A stretch of 48,755 nt of DNA, the filler included, from Bipalium vagum (Eukaryota): assembly GCA_037834085.1 (NCBI GenBank). It is 2 parts of 2 records of this genome, joined end to end, with 100 filler letters (N's around TTAATTAATTAA, not from the genome) between each part and the next. Parts side by side here need not be neighbours in the genome. Positions count along the whole stretch, not along the records: positions 1 to 26,928 come from JBBMKC010116588.1; 1 more part is not named here. One strand, given 5' to 3'. The notes under the pieces were generated by a model. It saw only the letters and a list, made by a program, of their open reading frames with translations. It was not told where the DNA came from and did not search any database. The position numbers and the translations under genes were made by a program. How positions within the stretch are numbered: the first letter of the stretch is position 1; each line of letters opens with the position of its first letter. Of this stretch, positions 1-10,517 are shown piece after piece.

Positions 1-394
1 TTAAATTACCAAATAAAATAATATAATTAATTTTTTTATTATTACTACTAATTATTATTCTTTTTAATATTATTATATTTACCATTACCATTATCATCAT
101 TATTCTCACCCCTATTGCTCCAAAACTCAACAAATGTGTGGCCAAGAAAGGTGGTCATACTCATTACTAATTTTTATGTATAGATATGTATGCATGTTTG
201 TATTCATAATAAATTATTTTGATTTTAGGGTGCTTTTTACTTTTTTCCGTGAGTATATTTTAATCGAATACGTAAATAGTGGCTACCTTCACACGTTAAG
301 ACCTATTACCAAATTTATTTTAGCCTCACATTTTAAGGTCTTATCATATATCATGCTCTAATATATAAGAAATTATTTTGAATATATTAAAATA

Positions 395-518
395 TAGGGT
401 ATTTAAAAAAACAGGCGTTTGAAATATTTCTGAAAAGTGAAAAAATTTTAAATAAAGTGAAGATATAGTTGAATATTTTAGAATTTAAAAAAAAAGCACT
501 GTTTTTTTAAACATCCTA
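395..518. mobile_element. Tc1/mariner-type MITE, 124 bp
   Basis: Imperfect terminal inverted repeats TAGGGTATTTAAAAAAACAGG / ACTGTTTTTTTAAACATCCTA, flanked by TA on both sides (393-394, 519-520). No ORF. Confidence 0.7.
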
Positions 519-1002
519 TATTTTAAAAACTAAAATTATGAATTTTAAGTACGAGATGGAAACTGAAATTTAAAATAATAATATATTAGTTTTATTAGGT
601 TATTTTTTAAATTTTGATTTACTGGTCAAACTAATCTTCTTATGCATTTTAAATTGATAGGTTCAATTATTCTTATTAATAAAAATTTTAATTTAATAAA
701 AAAAACAAGAAAACCTTTGGCTCATTTGTATTTCAATTAAATAATTTTTAAATTGATTTTTATAATTTGGGTTTTTAAAAAATCTTTTAAAAACTTATTT
801 AATAACTTATTAAACAAAAAATTTGTTTAAAACTTATTTTAAAGTCTATAATATAAACATTACAAATTAAATTTTGGAATTTTAAAAATTAGATTTACGT
901 AAATTAAAAGTGCTGTTTGATTTAGTATATTATTTAATATCTTTCTCAAGAAGTTATTCGATGTTGACTAATGAATAATTTTATTTTAGAATTTCACCGG
1001 CG

Positions 1003-3629
1003 ATGGGAAACTGTTTGTCGATAGATAATCATGAAAATAAGTCTTTTCATAAAAATGTTAGAGACAAGAGTTATACTTATGAAGTGAATAACATTTCGCA
1101 AAATAATTCCGAATCGCAACCAATTATATTTTCTAGTCCTATGCAACAACATCATAATAACATCACTACAAATCAAATACCTCCAGTAGTTTATACACAG
1201 CGGCCAACTGTTCGTGCTTTATTTTCATACGAAGCTCGTCATACAGATGATTTAGAATTCAGTAAAGGAGATTTAATGTATATATCATCGGATATGTCTG
1301 AAGCTTGGTGGTTAGCAATGCACGCTACAACGAAAAAGCAAGGTTATATTCCAAGCAATTATGTGGTTCTAGATGATGGTTCACCTTCAAGTCACGAAGG
1401 CTGGTACGAAATAACTCATAAGGAGGCCGACAAAAAGCTACTGAGAATGGGTAATCCGGTAGGAACCTACATTATTCGACCGTGTTCTGGTAACTTTTTT
1501 GTGATTTTAAAGTTAAATGAATAATGTTCAACCAGATCCGCGACACTACGCTCTTTCTGTTCGTCATTTTGACATAACAAAAAACTATTACGTTGTCAAA
1601 CATTATAAAATTAGAACCCTGGATAATAATATGGGATTTTACATTAGTAATCGGTCGAAATTTCCCAACATTAGCAGCCTTATAAAGTATTATCAAAGTG
1701 AGGGTTATTTTCGATAATAATTAGTGGTGTAAATTAACAAATTCATTTGCAGCCAATACAGACGGACTTTGCTGTAAACTGACAATCGCATGTCCTCAGA
1801 GGCACAAGCCACCAATTCAATTCAAAGACATCGAAGTCAGCAGAGACTGCATCCGACTGGAAAAAGTTTTGGGCAACGGTAGTTTCGGTGAAGTTTTTCT
1901 AGGAAAATGGAATAATTCTGTTGAAGTCGCTGTAAAGCAACTGAAACCTAATTCTATGGATAGGTGATTTTTTTATTATTAAGTCATTATTATTAAACAG
2001 AATTTTTTATTATAGTAGTTGTACTTATTATTGCTATTTATTTCCTGTCAGTTACATAATATTAATATTGGCATTGTTAATATTCTTCTAATTGTGATTC
2101 ATAAATGAAAATAGTAACTTGAATGAATAATTCGCTTTGTTTTCGTTCTCTATTTGTGTCTAAAATGAATTTATTAAGGTTTTTCAATTGATTTTCATTT
2201 TTTCGATATATTTTATCATTATTCTTAATAAAACGTCAACGACAATATTAATCGATAAATTAAATATCCGGTTGATAACATTAATTAATTTTCTAAAATT
2301 TATTGAAATAATCGATAAATTAATTTTCATATTAGTATATTTTCTATAAATTACTTTTGATAATTTTAATTTCATTATAGAGATAAATTAATAATGGTTA
2401 ATTAATCAATAAATTAATTCATTAATTATTAAATTTTTTGATTATTTTATATAATAATTAATATAAACAAGAATTTTGGGCATCCTTTCTCGAGTAATTC
2501 ACTTTCTATAAGGCATTGATTACTATTGTGTTATTATTTTCATTGTATACAATCGATATTAATAGTTCTTTTATAATAACTGAATCTGTTGAATAAAAAT
2601 TGTTTGATTTTCTGTGAAATATCGATTATTAATTTAAGTTTAATGTAAAATAATAATAATAATTTTCGATAAATTATTTTCAGCTTCATAATATTAGTTC
2701 ATATATTAATAATAATTTTAGATTATTAATAAAAATAAACTTTGTTCTATTCACCAATTAATCCATAATCTATAAATATTTTTCTATTGTAGTTTTGTTG
2801 CTAATAGGTAAAATATTGTCGCTCAATATTTATTCGGACATTAATTAATTTTTTCTCAAACTTATAATTTTTCAGGAGCAGATTTATTGCAGAAGCCGAA
2901 CTGATGCATAAACTCAACCATCCAAGAATCGTTCAGATTTTAGGTGTCTGTACACAGCCCCCAGAACAGCCGGTGTTCATCATTACAGAGCTCATGGCCA
3001 ACGGAGCTCTGTTGAATTATCTGAGAAGTGCCGAGGGTCAGAAGTTGAGACTAAACGAAATGCTGGACATGATGGCTCAAATCGCCGAGGGCATGGCTTA
3101 TCTAGAGTCGAGGAATTTTGTTCATCGCGACTTGCGAGCGGCAAATATTCTCGTGGACGAAGATCTGTCTGTAAAAGTGGCAGATTTTGGTTTGGCACGG
3201 GTGACCGATGATGTCTACAATGCAGACACAGGTGATTTATCGATTTTTCCAATTTTATATATCGATTACGTTTTGATTTTTACAATAGGAACAAAATTTC
3301 CCATTAAATGGACAGCACCCGAGGCCGGGATGCAGAGGCGGTTCAGTGTCAAGTCGGACGTTTGGTCGTTCGGAGTGCTAATGTACGAAATTGTCACTTA
3401 CGGTCGGACACCGTATCCAGGGATACAGAACCGCCAAGTTCTTGATGAAGTGAGCAAAGGGTATCGATTACCGAACCCGGTGGGTGGTAAGACCGTTTGC
3501 CCCGACGAATTGTACGCCATTATGCTGAAGTGCTGGGACGCGTGTCCAGAGAATCGGCCCACTTTCATCCACTTGCAGGACATCTTCGAGCACTGGGAGA
3601 TCAGCGCCGAATCTCAATATTTTAGTTGA
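1003..3629 (+). CDS. Src: Src-family non-receptor tyrosine kinase (SH4-unique-SH3-SH2-kinase-tail), 5 exons, about 518 aa
   Basis: Exons 1003-1489, 1536-1697, 1753-1963, 2876-3231, 3289-3629. All introns are GT-AG (46, 55, 912, 57 nt) and phases join to 1557 nt. Motifs: MGNCLS (myristoylation/palmitoylation); SH3 ALFSY..WW..GYIPSNYV; SH2 GTYIIRP..YALSV..VKHYKI..DGLCCKL; kinase GNGSFGEV, VAVK, HRDLRAAN (Src-type), DFG, KFPIKWTAPE, SDVWSFG; tail ESQYFS with the Csk-site Tyr. Exact paralogue not assignable. Confidence 0.96.
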
Positions 3630-3990
3630 ACTTTTGCTGTCCCCTCTGAGCCCCATTATTCCCACATCCCAGCATGTTAAGTGTTGTCGCCATAGACCTC
3701 TCTCTCTCTTTCTCTCTGTCGAATCATCTCGCGAATTCAACTGATTTTAAAAAAGACTATTGATTTTGTATTTTCTCAACAACCATTCTTTTGCCGTGTT
3801 GTGATATTACGGCGCCTAAAATTGTTTTTGTTGTTGCAATGTCTGTTCCATTAACGAAATCCTTCAGAAACATCGCGAGGAAACTGTTTTAAAAACTTTA
3901 TATTATGTAAATACAGTAACAGCTCAAGATAATATATCATTATTATTATTATTATTTTAATGAAATATAAAGTGAAAGAAAAACGGCATT

Positions 3991-3996
3991 AATAAA
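3991..3996 (+). promoter_or_regulatory. Candidate polyadenylation signal of the Src gene
   Basis: AATAAA about 360 nt after the stop, near where the relatively GC-richer 3' region returns to background. The hexamer is common in AT-rich DNA. Confidence 0.35.
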
Positions 3997-6799
3997 ACAA
4001 CTCGTTGATGGGTGAATATTTCCATGTATAATTGTTTTATTGTTACATTGATTTTTATTATTATTAAGATGATTTTCAATTTTTAAATCATTTCAAATCT
4101 ATATATTCACATTTAATCTTATTTATTTTATAAGTCTATCGATTTATATTCTGGTCAAAAACGGATGTTATGAAATAGCGTTATATAATTTTATGATCTA
4201 AAACAATATTCTCTGTAGATATAATAGAATTAATTTTATCGATTAAGTTAATCAATATATTTTAAATTCCAATTTTATGGAAATCAATTAATAAATAATA
4301 GTCTAGTGGAAAATTTTTAAAATACGCACTTTTCAGCAAATAATTCTGAAAGTAAAAAATTGTACAACAATTTTAAAACTTTCTATTTTTCTTTGTTCAG
4401 ATCATTTATTTTTTAGTCTTCTCATTTATATTCAAATGATATCACATTCATGATTTTTTCTTCACCCTTATTGCATAAAAAACAATTTAGTGTATACATT
4501 TTCATTAATTTTATTGAATTTAAAAAGTTTCTTTTAGAAAATATAACTCGATATTTAAAAGTATTTTTTGGAATTTTTCAAGTTAAATAATTTTCTAATT
4601 TACTTATGTTGTGTGTAATGTTGTGCTTAGTTTATTTTTAATCTATTTTCGTTTGTATCATAAATTTTTTTCAAACCGGACTTTAAAAATCATTTAACGA
4701 AATGAAAATTTACGTTATCCTAATGATGGATTTTCAATATAATTCTATTCTTGTTATTAAGAATTGTTTTGACAATGAAAGGTGTACATTTTGACATCAA
4801 AATTGGTTTTCAATTAGAAAATGTCCGTTTCTGATTTAATTTACCGGAAATATTTCTAAATTGAATTGTCTGATTTCTTTATATTGCGGAAAAAACATGA
4901 TTGGTTAAATGTTTTCCATTCCATAATTTCGGTAATGATTTCAGCTAAGGTTATTTTGTTTGATTGAATAACCTTTAAATGTTAGAATGTTTACTGCAGA
5001 TATTGTAGATAGTATTTAAATATATTTCTATATATTATTGTTGAACATATATGTTGTATGGACTAGAATGGGTAAGGTCATTAGTTTTCAAAGCGATTGT
5101 GAGAATGTAGAGAAAAGCAATAATTTCGCTACACATTCCATGCTTGTGCAAAATATTCAAGGTGGTTTCAAATGTAGAAATCAGGAAGCAATTCTTTTAC
5201 TGAAATAAAGATTAACATTTTTAAAATTTTTTTTACTTTTCCAATTTGTGGTAATATTTAAAACGATCGATTTTAATTTTCTCCATTTTTAATGTTTTTT
5301 CTAGTAAGATAAGCTTGTTACTTAAATAAGACGCTTTTACGAAGGTAAAACTTTTAGTATGATAAAGATCGCGTTTTAATTATATTAAAAATAGTAGAGT
5401 TCAAGATTGTTAATAAATTTGTATAAAGAAATTCATTGAAATTTTGAATATTGAAGAGAATTTTTATGTAATTGTGATAAAATTAAAAATGTCAACAAAT
5501 TTGATAAAAATGATTACCAAATGGATATCGATTTTAATACGAATGTGACACGAGTTACGATTGATAAGTAATATCGATGTTGGATTAAGGGGTTTTAAAA
5601 ATAAAGATGATTCCTTTATTTTGGGTTTCTGTATTAAACAATATATATACCTCCTCGCAGTCCAGATTTAAACTCTGTGATTATTGGTTGTGGGGTTATC
5701 TCAAAGCAAATGCTAATACTCCTCCGCTAGCCAACCTTGGTCAGTTAAAGTAGAAAATTTTGTCATTGATTAGTAAGATCAATCAAGACATGCTAAACGC
5801 GGAAATTGATTCTTTGGTGCCAAGTGCTCAACTTTGTATGGAATTAATGGTGGACACATAAATCCGAAATATAACTAAATACATTTTGAAAGGTTTTTAT
5901 AAAGTATGTTACAATGATAATATTGATGGATTTTAATTATTATTATTTATTACGTTAAAAATAGAAATCATTCGAAAGTGTTACCGGAATATTGTTATCA
6001 GTATTTTTAAAATTATTAAAAAATAAAAGAACAAATCGAATTTTGATGAAAATGAATTCTCAGATAATAAAATTGAAGTATCTGAAATAATGTTTTAAAC
6101 AAATAATAATATTTAAAATAATATATAATTGAAAAAGCAAAGAATAATAGATTAATAATATATAATATAAATAAATAACATTCAAAGTTAATTGTTTTTA
6201 TTGCGGTTTTTAAATGGATTTCGAGGTTTGTGTGTTCTGTTTTGTTTTAAATTGCAGATTTTATGTATTACTAGTTAAGATGAGATGAAATTGGGTTTTA
6301 ATTATTGTAAGAGAAATATTCGAAGTTTAGCTTAAATGTTTTAAAAGTCTGATAATATTTTTTGCCTTGGATTTATCAAATTGAATTCCAAATGACTCAG
6401 CAGTTCTTATCAAAAATATTCATTTTTGATCCAATTAGATGACTCACCACTGTGAATTGAATCTCATCATCATTGTGGCTAGGAGAAGACTCCTCGTACT
6501 CAGCTCTTGATAGAAAGTCTAAACCTTACTTTTAAGAAAGTCTAAATCTGTAATTTGAGCGTCTTTATAAAAGATATCAAGTAAAAATGGTTCACAAGTT
6601 TAATTAATAGTCATGTTTCCAGGAAGGTCAATAAGGAAAATAAACTCATAACATGTTTTAAAATTGTGAATTTGAATAGGAACATTAACAGATTTATAAA
6701 AATAATTTTACATCGATTAATATAATAATTCTATATAAAGGTCTTTCTAAAATTTTTCTCGTTTCGGAATTGTTTATGCAATAACTAATGTCAGTATTA

Positions 6800-7260
6800 T
6801 CAATTAAACAATTTTATTAATAGCTCTACAAGTCGAAAGTTTTGGAACGAGTTCTAAGAATTTTTTGAAAATTAAGACTAAAAACAGACAAGATAATTTA
6901 TTTACAAATTTCGATGTCAGAGATTTGGTAACCTGTACCTAGAAAAACAACAGCCTCAAAACTCGAATTTGTAAGCCTTCACAAAAAGTAAAGTAAGAAC
7001 AAGTAACACATTGGATCACACTGCATTGTCAAATGAAAAATGAAGTAAACGTTTATTTAGAAATCAATTCAAAAACATTTCTTCAAAAGCCTTATATTAA
7101 AACGATAAGATATTCGACTAAAGAGCCTTGTTACCGAGCAGCAACTATTTATTCAATTCGATTCAACATTAAAATGAGTAAATTGTACATTTAACGTTAA
7201 TCTTATGACCTAGGGGCACAATTATTTTTCTAAAGCTTATAAAAGTGTTTTTGATTTTAA
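6800..7260 (+). mobile_element. Highly decayed Tc1-like transposase relic
   Basis: Fragments ASKLEFVSLHK (cf. ARLEFAKEH) and EPCYRAATI (cf. DNAPCHRA); many stops. Confidence 0.3.
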
Positions 7261-8149
7261 AATTTGAAGATAAAGTCGGAACAACAAATATCTTTTAAAG
7301 AAGAAAATATATAAAATAAAAAAGTTATTAATAAATAAAATAATAAATACAATTATGAAGTCAACACAGTTTCAACGTTTTCAAATAACCAGAAGCGACT
7401 GAGATCTTCATTCTCGATAATTCATTATAATTTGTTTTATTTTGTCAATAAAAAGTGAGAAGATAATTTTTGCTATCCTGAACCGACCAAAAGCTATTTT
7501 AAATTCAGATCCAGATAGAAAACGATTGCAAAATTATGATTGCAAAAATAATTGACCCTGAAATAGTAAAGCAAAATTACCAGGGATATTTCTGAAAAGT
7601 ATTTAATTATTCTTGTCTTTTTTAGTTTTGAAAGTGGAAATATCATGTGAACCTTATATTATAGATCTTATCCTCCTACAAATACCCCACACTTTATAAA
7701 ACTTGCATAAGTTTTAAATATGACTTTAGAATATCATATTCTCTTTTAAAATGATTATACATATCTTATATATATCTTTACCAAAAATATTAATTTCACC
7801 AAGAAAATTCACGGAGAGTTAGCCATTGTGAATTAAGTTAAAACAGACGATTGTATTCTATCAAAAAATTTTAACATTAAAAAGTCTACACATAATATGA
7901 TCTTTCATACCCTGTGCAAAATAAATTGCGAATAAAATGTGGTATCAAAATTCAGTTATTGATTTCTTTTAAAATATTTAAATTAAGTTTTTTTTCTCAT
8001 TTTTAATTTTTAAAAACCTGAAAATTTTTCATAAAATTTATTGATTTATGTCCAATGCAATCTATATTATCGGCCTAATATTTTAAAAAATACTGCAAAC
8101 ATTATTTTCTTTTTCAGCATGACTATGAAAAGTCCAAATAGGAAATCTG

Positions 8150-8483
8150 AGGAAAATTGTGATTCAAAACCTTGGTTGGGAAGTGCTACCGCATCCTCAA
8201 TATTCTCCGGACTTGGCAATCTCAGATATTTTTTTATTTCGTTCTCCAACAAACAAACAATTCACAAGACGTTTCTTTTAAAAATGAGAAGGATTTGAAA
8301 ACTTTGTTTGATATTGCCTTTGTATTGATAAACTTGTGCAGCGTTTGGAAGAAGTCATAACAAACAATGATAGCTATAATTGATTAGTAGTACATTATTT
8401 TAATTCAAAATACAATTTTCTTAAATTTTTGAATCTTCTTAGTATGTCTATAAAACCGCAAGAAATTAACCGACACCCAACAT
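8150..8483 (+). mobile_element. mariner (DD34D) 3' fragment
   Basis: Translates QNLGWEVLPHPQYSPDLAISDIFLFRS, then DVSFKNEKDLK and IDKLVQRLEEVITNN across frameshifts. Ends in a mariner-like right terminus AAAACCGCAAGAAATTAACCGACACCCAACATA. Confidence 0.85.
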
Positions 8484-8930
8484 AATGAACCTTATAAAAT
8501 TATTGACAATACATTCTATATTTCAAAAAAAATATTATATAAGTAAGCAAATTCACAATTTTTATTGTAAAACTGATTAATGATTTTATTAACTTGAATA
8601 TTACAAATAATCTATTAAAAACCTTTAAAAGGGTGAATCGTCATTATTCAATTCAAAAAAGCCACGGTGGTTTATTTATGTCATTAATATTTTGTGGTTC
8701 ATTCATAAGTTCAGTTTTAATCTAATAAAAGATCTCCGATTAAACTAAAACCCTGTATTATTTTATTAAAGTTCATAGGAAATATTAAATATTATTTATA
8801 AGACCAGCCTTATGCTGTTCAGCAGTAATAAGAAATTATAAATCACACCAAATAAATGGAACTCTGTTATACTTTATTTAAGATTGTAAAGCTCTCGACA
8901 TGACCGACATCTCTACACGTAAACAAAATA

Positions 8931-10517
8931 TTATAATTTCTTTTTAAACGCTGTCATCAAACCGATATCAACAGAATAGGAAGAATCATCTCCAGAAATC
9001 TGATCACTGGTTAAAGACTGATCATCATCATCATCATCATTGTAGTCGTCGTCATCATCATAGAACTCAGTTTTGGAAACGGAATATGCTGGCATGATAT
9101 CGGACTTTTTATCATGACTTCTGGTGGTTGACTTTCTCTCCAAAAGTCTTTGCAATGAATACATATGTGACAGAGCAGAAAACGTATCTGTTGGAACTCT
9201 ATCATTAGAATGCCTTTTATATACCGGATATACATCATAGTTTAAATCAATTCCGTCCACATTACCGTAGTTGCCTTCAAACTTTGACTTCAAATCCAAA
9301 GTAAATTTCATCTTGTTCTTCTTTAATTTCGATCCGGACCAAGTTAAATCTTCTAGATTTTCTATTGCTTTTATATAATTAACTGTATCGTTTAAAGCCA
9401 GAGTGGTAATGATAGATTCATTGTGTATTATCTCCATTATAGAACTTCCCGAACTTTTCAATGAGGGCATGTGAAAATCACCGCTCTCAGAAAAATGCTG
9501 CGATTCGGAAATTGTAGAACGTCTACTGTTACGAGACTTTTCCGATTGAGATGCCATTTGTTTTTTGATAATTTGCTGATTAAACTCTTTATCTTTGTTG
9601 ATATTATTACAGACACTTTGTCTGATCAGTTCTTGAATATTTTCCTTGGAAAGTTTCGGTTTAACATTTTCCTTATAATGGGATCTCGTTACAATAGGTT
9701 CAGATTCCGAATAAATTGTACATTTATTTGAAAGTTTCGGGTCTGTAGAGTTTGTGCGAAAATCTCGATTTTTAGAAGCAGTATTTTGAGAGATGTTCTC
9801 ATTCTGAAACAACTTTTCTGTAATGGAAATACAATGGAATATTGCACTTTTCCCAACAGTATTTTTCATTAGTGGTTTTATGGGTGGTAAATTGTATTTA
9901 GAACAGTCCAACAAGTTTCGTTGATGTGAACTGACCGAACTGACCTTTATCAACTGAGGATCGAAATCAACGGCTTTCAAAAATTCCAAACAATCGAAAT
10001 TTATTTTCGGTAAATAAATATTATTATTTTTTAGTAAACAATATTTCGATAATAAATTATGTTGATATAATTTTATTGGCGCTATTTTGAAATTTGGCTG
10101 AAAGAAATCTTGGTTCTTGGTCTCCACACGTCGTGAACTATTCATGATATCCTGGGAAATATTTTTCCGTACTTGATTTGCGAAAAAACCTCTGTTATAT
10201 GTGAATATATGTTGTAATTCATCCTTTCCATTCATACTTTTTTTGAATATTTTATGTTTTCTGTTTTGAAGAATTACGAAATCTTTGTTGCTATATATTA
10301 TTGGCAAGAGTAGGGCCAATTGACCATCTGAAAATATTCTTCTATAAGCACTGTCACTGATCATTTTAAGTATTTTAGCACAGACCTCAATATTCGCTCT
10401 GTGTGAAATATTGTTGAGAGAGTGTAAGTTAATTGCGGTATCCCATGAAACCGGTCTATTTGTTAATGGATCCTTTATAAGTCTTCGTTCTACATTTGCT
10501 TTATTTCTTTTTTTCAT
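8931..10517 (-). CDS. Intronless 528-aa hypothetical protein: basic N-terminus, Ser-rich low-complexity middle, poly-Asp C-terminal tract
   Basis: A 1587-nt uninterrupted ORF is very unlikely by chance in DNA this AT-rich. ATG is preceded by in-frame stops. No recognisable transposase, RT or other domain motif. Confidence 0.8.
   Translation of the reverse strand: MKKRNKANVERRLIKDPLTNRPVSWDTAINLHSLNNISHRANIEVCAKILKMISDSAYRRIFSDGQLALLLPIIYSNKDFVILQNRKHKIFKKSMNGKDELQHIFTYNRGFFANQVRKNISQDIMNSSRRVETKNQDFFQPNFKIAPIKLYQHNLLSKYCLLKNNNIYLPKINFDCLEFLKAVDFDPQLIKVSSVSSHQRNLLDCSKYNLPPIKPLMKNTVGKSAIFHCISITEKLFQNENISQNTASKNRDFRTNSTDPKLSNKCTIYSESEPIVTRSHYKENVKPKLSKENIQELIRQSVCNNINKDKEFNQQIIKKQMASQSEKSRNSRRSTISESQHFSESGDFHMPSLKSSGSSIMEIIHNESIITTLALNDTVNYIKAIENLEDLTWSGSKLKKNKMKFTLDLKSKFEGNYGNVDGIDLNYDVYPVYKRHSNDRVPTDTFSALSHMYSLQRLLERKSTTRSHDKKSDIMPAYSVSKTEFYDDDDDYNDDDDDDQSLTSDQISGDDSSYSVDIGLMTAFKKKL

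Noticed and set aside
2904-3629. 241-aa ORF as a stand-alone kinase with a hydrophobic insert
   Set aside because: It is exons 4-5 of the Src gene read through a 57-nt GT-AG intron; the first Met is internal.
2992-3740. Minus-strand ORFs of 61-90 aa overlapping the kinase
   Set aside because: Antisense shadows of GC-rich coding sequence, with no motifs.
8067-8252. Minus-strand ORF resembling a hAT dimerisation start (EIKKYLRLP)
   Set aside because: The plus strand clearly encodes mariner LGWEVLPHPQYSPDLA; the resemblance is coincidental.
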